The position numbers and the translations under genes were made by a program. DNA of 63,956 bases, the filler included, from Klebsormidium nitens (taxonomy: Eukaryota; Plantae; Klebsormidiophyceae), in assembly GCA_000708835.1 (NCBI GenBank). It is 4 parts of 4 records of this genome, joined end to end, with 100 filler letters (N's around TTAATTAATTAA, not from the genome) between each part and the next. Parts side by side here need not be neighbours in the genome. Positions count along the whole stretch, not along the records: positions 28,143 to 49,580 come from DF237867.1; positions 49,681 to 60,958 come from DF238130.1; 2 more parts are not named here. One strand, written 5' to 3'. Every line of letters begins with the position of its first letter. Positions within the stretch are counted from its first letter, which is position 1. The notes under the pieces are model-generated. The model did not search any database, was not told the origin of the DNA, and saw nothing but the letters and a program-made list of their open reading frames with translations. Shown here piece by piece: positions 41,880 through 52,291 of this stretch.

Positions 41880-42850
41880 GATGCTGCCAACCAAAAAGTC
41901 GAGGCTGTGCATGTCCATCGTGCTCCTTAGGATCCGTCGCCGGTCGGCCTCAGAGATGGAGAGACAGACGTCAGTGGTCCCGTCCATGAAGCCCATAGCG
42001 CGCTCGCGTTTCAGAGCGGTGGGTTCATCCCAGGAGCCATCAGCTTTCTCGATCATGCTCTGCTGTCCGAACTCGTAGGCATGAGAGCCTCGAACAGTCA
42101 CGAAGGTCGACAGCGCGCGGAGCGGCTGACCAGGCACATTTACAGAGTGCCGGCCAGGAGCAAGCCTTGTGCTTGGCGTTCTGGGCCTTACGGTCTGGCT
42201 CCATAATGCGCTGTACATACTGGTCAGGATCGCGGTGCTTGAACTTCTTTTCGACCATCTCATTCATGAGATTGGACGGCCGCCACCAGATTCGTCCACT
42301 AGCGGCGCAGGCGGTGGGCATAGGAACCAACGGCGACCGCGTCAAACGCGAAGCCGTGCCCTTCACAACATTGTTGAATTCGTCTCGAACGTCATGTTGC
42401 GGGTGATCGATTGCGTCGACGTTTTCGAACAAGTAGGCGCATGGCTTTCCTGGCTAGATCTCGTTGATGAGATGGATAAGTCGGACGGCCTCCCTGAAGA
42501 GGACGGTCCGTGTGTCGCGCAGTCCAAGTGAATGATCTGCGGCGCGGGAAAATCCTTGGCAGGGAAACCCGGCTACTACGAGGTCGGGCCGTCCAAGGCC
42601 GGCCACGTGTCCTCCGCTGATGTGTCGTACATCCTGGGGCAGCTGCTCGACGTCNNNNNNNNNNNNNNNNNNNNCAGCTGAGGATAAAGCGTATGCAGGA
42701 CGGCCAGTCGCCTCATGGCGATCTTTCTGGTCTTAGCGACCGGTTCGCAGGCATAGACTTTGCAAACGGTAGCCCCTTGGCGCAACAGCGCTTCGGTTGT
42801 GGCCATGAGGCCGGAGAACAGCTCCAAGACCATCAAGCCTGGTCCAGGTG
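41880..42850 (-). pseudogene. DNMT3-like C5 cytosine methyltransferase domain within Gypsy pol
   Basis: Motif I VLELFSGL (42821-42804), QDVRHIS, motif IV DLVVAGFPCQGFS (42570-42556), motif VI FENV (42426-42418), motif VIII AHRLRR*WTNL (42319-42287), motif IX ERERAMGF-like and motif X RRRIL.STMD. Two in-frame stops, at least one frameshift and a 20-N gap. Confidence 0.9.
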
Positions 42851-43191
42851 TGGCCAGCTTGTCTTTTAGGCCAACCAGGTTTTGGCTCAGGGGCCGCAGG
42901 TGTTGGTATGCAGGGTTCCGAATCTTAGGAGGGGCCCTGTCTGGAGTGGCTAGCACGCGCATGCTTCGGTCAAAGATATCAGTGATCTCTAGCAGAGCCT
43001 TTGCTTGAAAGGTTGCGATGCGGCTGCGAGCGAACTCAATGTCTTGCGCATTGCACGGGCTCGGAATCCGAGATATTACAGTGCCGACGAGGGCTTGGAG
43101 CACCTGGCCGCCTGGATTGGCAAAGGGAGAATCGTAATCGTCTGGAAACTTGGCGCGCAAGAAGCACTTGCGAGGCGCATGTCCGTCTCCC

Positions 43192-43620
43192 TCAAGGTAG
43201 TATTTGACGCGCTTCATTTCTGAAGCTGGGGTCAAGACCCACGGGTCCAATGATACACATACTAATCAATGTGTCGGCGGCCTGCTGGTTCACAATAACC
43301 ACATGCGCCATGACAGTGACTTCGTCGGCAGTACCAGGGTTCAGCACAAAGCTGACTGGCTCTTTAGTTCGTCCCAACCGCTCGGTCAGGTTACCGGTAG
43401 CGGTGCGGATCATTTGGAATTTGGAGCGATCATGTCGTGTGCGATACCCATAGCTGCAGCGCCCGAGCGAGCAGTGATTACGGCCTCGGCTCTGCTGTCC
43501 AGCAGCAAGTTGTTCAGCGCGCATCCATTGATCAGCATCGCAGGCTTCAGCCCTGAGTTATCAATGCGTGGCAAGCGGTGAAACCCGGCCGTTTGGTCGC
43601 TGTGGTAGCTTCCTGGCCGC
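43192..43620 (-). pseudogene. Gypsy aspartic protease remnant
   Basis: LLLDSRAEAV (DSG motif mutated to DSR), followed by IRTATG..LGRTK..VVIVN..DTLIS. Confidence 0.7.
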
Positions 43621-44269
43621 AAGTGGCTGAGCAGCGCACTGATGTTCGGGTTCTCTGGATTGTACAAGTCCTGAGAGGTAGCAAGCGCGGCTCGAGGCTT
43701 GCCTCGGCGCGTCGGCGCAGTCTGCTCAAGTGTCGGCGCGGGCTGTGGTACACTTGGTTTGTACACCATGCCCTAGCGCGCGGGTGCATCTGCCGGCAGC
43801 TCAGTGAAGTTGGCTGGCAGTGTGTCATCAGTGGCAGTGTTAGGCGCAGACGGCGGTGTCTCAAGGGTCGGCAGCACAGCCTGGTCGTTGGTCGGACCAG
43901 GACCAATCTCAACTGATACCATCTCAGTGGGGACAGGCTCTGGCGTAGCGCGCGCATACGGCTCAGCCTCAAGGACAGGAACCATACCCTCAGGTACTGT
44001 CTTCATTCCAGGCGGCGGCCTGTGCGGCTCGCGCAGGAAGTCCTTTGGGATGAAGCTGAGCGGCATGTTGGACAACGGTCCTCTGAGCCCTTCATCCTTG
44101 TCCACAACCCTCTTGGTGAGTTGTGAGTGCACTGGCGCAACATGGGCGCTTGGCACAGGAACGATCACAGCCTTGCAGGCATTCGGGTTATGATGAGCCT
44201 CCCAGAGCTCCTTGAGCTGCGCCAGGGTACGCTCAGGCATGCCTCGGCTGTCCGTAGCGGGCGCCTAGG

Positions 44270-45693
44270 CAACTCGAGCAGCAGCGGGTCTGGCGCTCTT
44301 AGCGCGGAGCCGCTCTGCAATCAGCTGTGTTATGCGAATCCAGCTTGTGAATATCGCACCACATCTTAGGGGCGCCAGGCCGAGCGACCTCGGCTTGCTT
44401 GTCCGTGCACTGTGCGGCCATGTGGCCGTACTGTAGGCAGTGCCAGCACTGAATCCCTTTCGGATCCTTAGAGCGTGCCCTGGCGTCGGTGCGAGTCGAA
44501 GCTCCCCAAACCATGCGCGACTTCGTGCATTGGGGTCGCTTGTGACCCTCGCAGTTGTGGCAGACTGGCACGGGACGGTGGTCATGCTGATGATGCGCAT
44601 GATTGTGCGACCCTTCCTGCCTTCGGCCATTCGGCCTTGCAGCCGGCGCGGCCTGAGCGGGCGCCTGGCGCGGCTGCCCAGCCTTGGGCTGCATATTGGT
44701 CGTCCACAGGCTGGCAGGCCTGAGTCATGGCGCGGTCAATTTTGATTGCAACCCGGCCCACGAGCTCGATGGTCCATTCCTCAGGCTCCATGGCTGTAGC
44801 GTTCAACTGGCGCGTAACTTCCTCGCCCAAGTGGCGGGGCATAGCTGCTATGAGCTTGAACACGGCCATCACCTTGGGGCGGTCGAGAGCATGCTTCAGT
44901 GCCTGCATGCGCTGTACCGGACTAGCGATAGTCTCCTCGGAGCGTCGCGCAAAATAGCGGAACTCATCCATCCGAGTCGTCGACTTCTCTTGATAAAGCT
45001 TTTCCATCATAGCCCAGAACTTCTCGACCGGCTGATCATAGACCTCTTCATCCACATGCGGCTCCGGCCAAATCGGTTCGATCGCGGCTGCCTTAGCTTC
45101 GGCTGAAAGAGCGTCATAATCGGTCTTCGCCTTTTCATATGCCGTCCTATTCCGCAGATATAAGTCGGCTTGAGCAGCGTTTCGGGTGCGCCGTTCTTCG
45201 CGCATCTCAGGCTCGAGGTGGGCGGCCTGATCGCGCGCCCCCCGGGCTAAGAACTTCATGAGCAGGTTGAACCTGTCATTATCGTTGATAAGCTCGGAAT
45301 TCGGCTTGAGCTTGAGCTCCATCTTGAGCGTCGCATAATTCTGGCGCAAGTGTAAGATACTTGGGCCGTTCGAGAGTCCCGTAAAGAGTCCCGTACCAGC
45401 TGTACATTCAGTAGCGACATGGTGTCTAGTTCGGCTATATCAAACGGCTCGACAAAGGCGGGCGCGCCCGTCGGCAAGTATGATGTGCGCACAAGTTGCG
45501 GTGCAAACTCAGAGTGCCCCGAATTGTACAATGATTCGTGCGGCAAATAAGTGGTCGGACTCGAACTAGTGCCTTGATAATAATCAATTTTATCAAGCAC
45601 AGTGTCACTGTCGAGTCCAATGTTCGGGTCACGATGTGGAAACCGAGGACCACTACGCAGATTGTATCTCCAACTCATGAACGAGAAGGTCAC
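44270..45693 (-). pseudogene. Gypsy gag with zinc knuckles
   Basis: N-terminal RYNLRS, a helical capsid-like segment (44582-45349), CWHCLQYGHMAAQC and CDIHKLDSHNTADC. Confidence 0.7.
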
Positions 45694-45731
45694 TAATTCG
45701 CTCTGCCCGAACTCAACGCCTAATTAGCAGG

Positions 45732-45890
45732 TCCGCGGCCGCCACCTCGGTTAGGGGCGGAACCACGGCCACCACCACGGCTAGGGAGCTGCCCACGGCC
45801 ACCTCCACGAGTAGAAGGGTGCCCACGGCCGCCACCACGGAAGAGGGAGGGGCCACGGCCGCCACGTCCGGATCCTCCCCCCCCGCGCGG
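45732..45890 (-). repeat. 30-bp tandem repeat (about 5 copies) encoding RGG boxes on the minus strand
   Basis: CCACGGCC(G/A)CCACC recurs with a 30-nt period. ORF 45720-45944 reads RGGGRGHPST RGGGRGQLPS RGGGRGSAPN RGGGRGPAN. Confidence 0.75.
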
Positions 45891-46813
45891 GAAACCACGG
45901 TCTCCGCGGTTGGGAACGATAGGACCTGGAAGAGGGATGTGCAAGTGTCGGTCTTATATGAGAAGACTTTTAGATTGGAACGTCTTAAGAACGGTTGTAA
46001 GTGTAAACTTGACAAGCGTGAGCAGGGCTCTCCGCAGAGGCACAAGCTGTAAGACGAAGTCGCCACGAAAGCACTTGTCCGAAATCGATTACTCCGCAGA
46101 GAACCAATGAAGTTTAGAACTTCGTGTCAGTTACTCGACAAGTTTCGAAGTCCTTAGTTGGTAGGGACCAACTGTGAAAGGTCGCAGAAAGCACCTAACG
46201 TCGGAATTTGTGCCTGGAGGGCCTACCTGCGTAGCGCAGCGTCAACTTGACCTGGCTGTTCAGCGTAGTTCGAGACCTGAAGGGCCTCTGACCCTCCAAA
46301 TTCGGACCACACTGGTCGTTAGTCGAATGGCACCGGCGGGTAACACTACTCAACGAAGCTTTCGACAAGCTCTGCAGAAAGCGTCACTCTATGAGTGCAA
46401 ATTTCTGTACTATGACGACTGGCCTGCAGCTGAGTGCTCAGCTCGCTATCGTCCTATCACAAGCAAAGGTGGATTGAGACGGGACACCCTCCGCACGCAG
46501 ACTCTCTAGCGGTTTAAGAGGACATCCACAGGCCTCGCTCCCTTGCAAACGAGTGGGAACTGGTGCGGCTAAGGAGGTGCGAACTAGCAAGCATATATTG
46601 CTGTCCGCGGCAGCCTAACCGAGTTCAAGATCGTTTACCTTTGGGTCACAGACCGAGGTCAGACACGCGCAAAAGAAGCAATGATCGCAACTGCAACTCC
46701 AAGCTAGCATCGTGCTGACAGCAGTGCAACAAAGGACAGCGCAAGGTGCAACGACAGCACACGAGGCAATGTCAGTTGAAGTCGGTCTGTGCACCGGCAC
46801 AATTGTGAATGCG

Positions 46814-47317
46814 TCAGACAATACTCAGATAAGAAACTGAGTCGATGCCCAAGAGAGGGTACCGACCTGCTGCAGGCGTAGCGCCAAGACTGTAACCAAT
46901 GTCGAGAAACTCGTGCAGCTGAGCCAAGTGGGTGGCGCCAATGCCAGAACCGAAGTGGCGCTGGGGCGGCGGCGGCCCTCTGGTGAAGTGGATGCTGGCC
47001 CCGCCCTCAGTCGAACAAGGGCCGGGGTTGGCACGCGCGTGAAGCTGGGCCTTGTGGCGAGCAGCGTCACGATCGTGGGCGAGCTGGTCCGTCTGGCGCT
47101 GCTTGGAGGCGCGCTGGCGCTCGCGGCGAAGCTGGCGGGGGCTCGTCCCAGCTTGGTTGGCAGTTGGTGCAGCAGCGACAAGGCCAGCGTCAGCAAGGGG
47201 CCCCAAGCGGTCGGCGAGGGGTTGGGCACGTGACGGCGGGGCGTCCGCGTACTCGTCCACGTTAATGTCGTCAAACTTGTCGTCTTTGAACAGAGGGTCT
47301 TGGTCAAGCAAAGGCAT
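46814..47317 (-). CDS. Hypothetical protein or exon (acidic N-terminus, basic coiled segment)
   Basis: 167-aa ORF with protein-like composition and a GCAG|GTCGGT donor near 46860. No recognised domain. Confidence 0.3.
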   Translation of the reverse strand: MPLLDQDPLFKDDKFDDINVDEYADAPPSRAQPLADRLGPLADAGLVAAAPTANQAGTSPRQLRRERQRASKQRQTDQLAHDRDAARHKAQLHARANPGPCSTEGGASIHFTRGPPPPQRHFGSGIGATHLAQLHEFLDIGYSLGATPAAGRYPLLGIDSVSYLSIV

Positions 47318-49213
47318 CTAAATCATAGAGCGACATGTTCGACTGTCAGACACGTCTTGCGCCAAGGTTGAACCTGCTCTTAAGGAATGTCCAGTTTAAA
47401 GCAAGTGAGGAAAGAGAGGGTTTCATGAGCTTTTTAAGGCATTATTCAGGACCTGTTTGAACAGTGCTATCCAGTCTGACACTATTACAGAATCTGCTAG
47501 TACATACCAGTGTATTCTGAATCTGGTGCATGTCAGATGATCAGCTGTAGGGCAGAATGATCGCCCCTAGAAACAAAGGCGCTACGGGCGGTGAAGGTGA
47601 CAACTATGAAACAACCCTACCAGGCAAAAATCACAACCTCAAGAGCTACCTACACACCTATTCCAGCAAGAAAATACTGACCCAAAGGTTAAGTTTTGAC
47701 CAAATTTCTAACCCTGTTTTCTGCGTGTCTAGATATGCAAAACAGCGGCGTGTGCTCTATTTACGAGGCGTTAAGCAAGGTTTTGAACAAAACCAAAGCA
47801 ACACTCAGCAGTCCAAGGTAGAGAACAAGTGCACAACTTGCAAGCAATGCAAATTTACTGATGGTGACGAGTCAATTTCCTGAAAAGAAACAATGATCCT
47901 ATGCAAGAGAGTGCAACTTCCTCACGAATCGAACGATTGCAAGCAGGAATGCCCCAAAGGCGCAGCGCAGAACAGCAGTGTACTCTACATATTCTCAGCG
48001 CATACACATCTCAAAACCCCCGCAGGGCTGGCTGCCGACGTACAAGTCAAAACAAACCTTCAAACCATTTTAATATTTTCAAGTTTATAAGTAGGGTTTA
48101 GGTGAGCAAGGCAATGCGCATGAGCGCACTAACGTACACCTGCAGACGCCGCAGCGCCAGCGCCTACTACGCACCGGGACATGGCATACATATGAATGAC
48201 ACGCCCAAAGTGCAAAAATGAGTCTTACCTTGCAATCACAAGAAAGATAAACCCGTCGTGGAAATGCAAAAACAAACGCAAACGAAGCCAAACCACAAGA
48301 TACTCAACCTTGTTGGATGCTTGTGATGCTTGCGTGCTTGCTTTCCTCTGCAGCGGTCCGTCACTGGACCCGCAGCAACTCACTATGCAGCCCGTGGTGG
48401 CTGCAGCGTCGATGCTCCCCCGAAAGAGGCGAGCGTACTTCGCATGATGATGCTCTCCGCTGCTCCCAATGCAGTGGCTGTCAGGACCCTGTGGAACTTT
48501 GTACGAGTACCAACGAGGCACTCGGCTCACAGGGGGTGACAAACAGCAGGCAAACGTAGAGGGAGGAAGCGTCAAAGCGCTTGAAGGTGCTAAGTCATGC
48601 AGGTGAGAGGATGCAAAGGCGTCCGGCCTTGATTGTCACAAGGGAGCGCCGAAACACAACTCGCACAAAGTTGGCGAATAAGTCGAATGTTCCTAGGTTA
48701 TACTCGCTGTCGTCGGAATATCTGAGTCGGGTCTAGAGTCGAAGTCGAGTCACTACGGTCTAGTGGTATCGCGCGAGGTCTACACTAGTAGTCTGAGCCT
48801 ACAGAGTGTAGTCGATGTCGCCATAACCGCCGTGACTGGACGCGTTATCAACCGCCGAAATATGTAGTCATACGGTTGAATTATGATCGTAACGGCCGCG
48901 CGCAAATATCAAGCGCACGCCTGTCAGCAGATATGCAGCGTTTCGAAGCTCAGACTCAGGGGGATCACCCTAGAGCGGCAGGCTTGAACTAGGTGTGGGG
49001 AACAAAGTAGCTTAGGGCCGAGCCCTTACAACAAGGATATATCACGGCATGACAGAGTGAAGAAGACGTCGTCGAAGAAGAGCGACGCAGTGCACTGTTT
49101 GGAGAGCGAGGGTGGCGAGAGTGGAGGCATGGGGGTGACGCCAAAGTCGAAGAAGACAGCCCGCAAGAGGAGCGTGACGAGTTAGAGGCTAGATTGATGC
49201 GTTTGAGTGGGAC

Positions 49214-49580
49214 TGTTAGAATTCGGTTATTATAGTAGCCGAATTACTTTTTGATTAGGGTTCGACCCGTGTAAGGTTTGAACTAGTGAGCGCCGACGTA
49301 CGTCGACGTTCGTGCACGGGATTAGGCGATTAAATCGTTAGGCGGTTTGGAGGTTAGGCGGTTGAAAGCGGCCGTCAGTGTAAGCCTTCGATGAGGATAT
49401 CGAAGGCTAAGATTGAGTGTGACTGTGAGCTAGGCTAGTGAGCCTAGAGTGGTGTGTGATTTAGGCTAGTGAGCCTAGTAGGCTTGTGAGCCTAGTGGAT
49501 CGGGAGAGAACCGTAATACTGATAGTGGTGGAAACCACTAATGTGATATATAATTTTTAGAGAAGTTTGTGGAGAGAAGG
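49214..49580 (+). mobile_element. Third copy of the Copia LTR family (runs into an N-gap)
   Basis: TGTTAGAATTCGG... is homologous to 37772 and 32645. It is preceded by the PPT-like TTGAGTGGGAC. Confidence 0.88.
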
Positions 49581-49696
49581 NNNNNNNNNNNNNNNNNNNN
49601 NNNNNNNNNNNNNNNNNNNNNNNNTTAATTAATTAANNNNNNNNNNNNNNNNNNNNNNNNNNNNNNNNNNNNNNNNNNNNCGGATAAGTGCGCGAC

Positions 49697-50548
49697 TCAG
49701 TATACGATATCGAGCAAAGCAGATAGCAGATACGCCATACGCGCGCGGATACTGGGACGAGTTCGATATGAAGATTCATAGACTCGAATCGTCACATACT
49801 CCTTCAACGATGTCAGAGGTCTCCGCTCGCGTGTGACCACAAAGTGGCCGGGCCGTGTCTGCTTGCACATGTATGCAACAGCTATCGGACGGCTCCTCTC
49901 ATCAGGCAGGTGAAGCACTGTCCACCAGTAGGCTCCGTTCATTGCCTTCACCCACTTGATGTCGGGCGCGTCCGGATCAGTCACTGTGCGCTTCCAGATG
50001 CTGCCCGGTATCGTGAGCCGTTTGGGCCGGACATATCCCCATTTCCTCTCGTAAAACTTATCAAACTTGGGCTGGTGGGCCCGCTGGTCGATATGAAAGG
50101 ACTCGTGTAACAAGGTGACTGCAGCCTCGCTCTCGTCATGCTGAGCAAGGAAGGACGATGGGAGCACAACAACATCATTCAAGGTGTAGGGGAATGCAAA
50201 GTCCATGAAGCTTGCAACCTTGACAAACTTCCAGGCGCGTGCCCTCAATCTCGGGCTACTATTGATGATGGAACGCAGGCGCGACCTTTCGTCCGCAGAG
50301 AAGTTGCGGACTGCCAGCATATATTGCCGGGACATTTGTCCGGGAGACGAGGCTCGCCCACCGCTCCTTGCAAGACATTCAATGGGTTTGTAGGAATTGA
50401 TCAGTTCTTGCACGCTGTGGCTGCAAAAGAGTCGCCTGGCCTCGTCTGGAGTATAGAAGACGGTTCTTGATTTAGGGAGGAGCACTAGCACCAAGCTGAC
50501 AAGCAATGCCGATACAAGCAGCAGGACATCCATGCAACACTGCGACAT
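49697..50548 (-). CDS. Membrane-anchored zincin-like metallopeptidase (HExxH), NCLDV-like
   Basis: N-terminal hydrophobic helix, FPYTLNDVVVLP, TLLHESFHIDQR, TDPD. Intronless. No third zinc ligand is evident. Confidence 0.6.
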   Translation of the reverse strand: MSQCCMDVLLLVSALLVSLVLVLLPKSRTVFYTPDEARRLFCSHSVQELINSYKPIECLARSGGRASSPGQMSRQYMLAVRNFSADERSRLRSIINSSPRLRARAWKFVKVASFMDFAFPYTLNDVVVLPSSFLAQHDESEAAVTLLHESFHIDQRAHQPKFDKFYERKWGYVRPKRLTIPGSIWKRTVTDPDAPDIKWVKAMNGAYWWTVLHLPDERSRPIAVAYMCKQTRPGHFVVTRERRPLTSLKEYVTIRVYESSYRTRPSIRARMAYLLSALLDIVY

Positions 50549-50634
50549 ATATCTACACAGGAACTATGGGCAGAGCCGGTTGAGATGGATTGAACAAACC
50601 TCTATTTACAAGGTCTTTCAACTAGTGCAGAATC

Positions 50635-51640
50635 CTACTTCAAAGCACTATAGTAACCTCCATCCTCATAACGTAAGTGTGCGGCAGGACGCCACATGGG
50701 CCCTGTAGGTCCTGCTCTAGCATCCCATGCATTTTCCTGCCACTTCCAGACCTCTTGGATGATGTCACTCATCCGGTCCCTTGCTCTGTCAAGCACTTCC
50801 TCCAGAATGTTGTAGGACAGTTCAGGTAGCTCACAGTCGTGGTTAGGGAGATCCACGACATTGCCCTCCCACGTACAACCAAAGCTGCCCAGCTCTGGAT
50901 CTTCAATGTGGTTGAAGCACTTGCGCGACCGGCAGTCCGCAGCATGGTCCTGAGAAGCCTTCTGGGCATACCTGAGAGGGTTGAATCAGCAGGAATCAGC
51001 AAAGAACTCTGACTTTATGCGAAACACAGCATAGGATCTGGCCGATGCCCACCCCTGCAACAAAACAACTGCCGCTGACACGAGCAGAGAACATAGCAGA
51101 ACAATTCACACAGCAGGAAGATAAAGCCCTCACCAGAGGTCGCACCCTGGTTTCCCCGCACTTGATGACATTCTTCTCGCACTCTCTCTCCAGATGTTGC
51201 TTCAGCTGCGATGCAGTCATCCTTGTCGAGCACCCCTCCTTGGGACAGTCGACAAAGACAGAGCTCAGCAGCCGGGACACCGCCTTATCTGGATCGTAAG
51301 TGACACCTGTCGTCTGGCACATCAAGCACCTGTTTTGATTGAGGACCGCAGGCCCTTCTGTGTGCTTCTTGCAGATATAGTTGATGACGGTGCATTGCGC
51401 ATTGGCACAGCAAGAGCGCACAACCTCTTCCCCTTGAATGTCCTTACAGACAGCGCATTCCAGGTCTTGCAGTACCGACACGACGCTTTGCTTAGAGAAC
51501 ACATACCCGCCACCCTTCAAGACATCTTCAGAGGGAGCATTGCTGGCTGTGTTGGCCTCTACATCGATGGCGCCTGAGTTTCCCGCAGTGATCTTGAGCG
51601 GAATACTGGCCTTACGCTTGCGCCCTCTTGTAGGATTCAT
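50635..51640 (-). CDS. RING-like plus TRAF-type zinc-finger protein; intron 51133-50972, apparent +1 frameshift near 51152
   Basis: Reads MNPTRGRKRK, CAVC..C..C..H..CLMC and CPKEGC..LKQHLERECEKNVIKC. Removing one A in GGGGAAACCA and splicing CTCTG|GTGAGG..CTCTCAG|G gives CGEPGCDLWYAQKASQDHAADC, continuing to the stop at 50635. Confidence 0.6.
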
Positions 51641-51804
51641 CTTGAGGTGAGACGGGCAAACCTGAAAAGCTGTTTTGTTTGAGTGCCAGTGAATGGGCAT
51701 GTCTCCTGTGTGAGCCTCTTTCCTGGCCCATGAAGCTATGCCCTTGAAGCCACACAAGGCTCTCAGTCACTATTCATCACCTACATGCACCGTCGCTCAC
51801 CTGG

Positions 51805-52005
51805 CTATACCCGCAGGTGAGTCGGATCACCCAAAGACAGCGTCGGTTTGCCGTCGATCCCCCCAGGACACGCACGGGTGAGCCGTCGATCTCTTTGGGA
51901 TACCGGCAGGTGAGTCGCGATCCTTCAAATCACCGTCGATCGCCCGGAGACGCCCACAGGTAAGTCGTCGATCACTTAAGGACACCCCCGGGTGACTCTA
52001 GCTCA
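51805..52005 (+). repeat. Five spaced copies of the motif GGAYAC-N3-5-CRGGTGAGTCGTCGATC in the divergent intergenic region
   Basis: Cores at about 51814, 51875, 51907, 51957 and 51989, plus half-sites CCGTCGATC at about 51851 and 51933. Confidence 0.65.
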
Positions 52006-52291
52006 CTCAATGGAACCACCGCTCACCCCAAGATACCCTAAGGTAACCTGCGGCTCTACGCGCGCGCCGGGCGCATAGCGCCGCAATGGACGGAGCTCGG
52101 GCTGCGCGAGCCGAACTTCAATCCCCCAACCCTGCACAAAATTGCACGATTGCAGCCCAGAAGGCCTTGAGAGAATGCCGAGCACCACAAGAGGAGCTGC
52201 CAGCCTAGTACCATCAGATACCACCGTGCGCCACCATGTTTGAGTAATCAAGAAGCTTTCCTTTCGATGGCAGGCCTCAAACAGGACAAGC

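Larger units (their letters stand above)
39400..45693 (-). mobile_element. Decayed Ty3/Gypsy LTR retrotransposon, order gag-PR-DNMT-RT-RH (integrase missing), interrupted by a TRIM
   Basis: Gag with a CCHC knuckle (CWHCLQYGHMAAQC), protease LLDSRA, C5-MTase motifs, RT YIDD and RNase H all lie collinearly on the minus strand. Confidence 0.9.

Noticed and set aside
45386-46110. Candidate PBS/LTR for the DNMT-Gypsy (TGGTACGGGAC at about 45398; TGGTTCTCTGCGG at about 46106)
   Set aside because: The first lies within probable gag. Neither could be matched to a tRNA from memory, and no second LTR is present to confirm.
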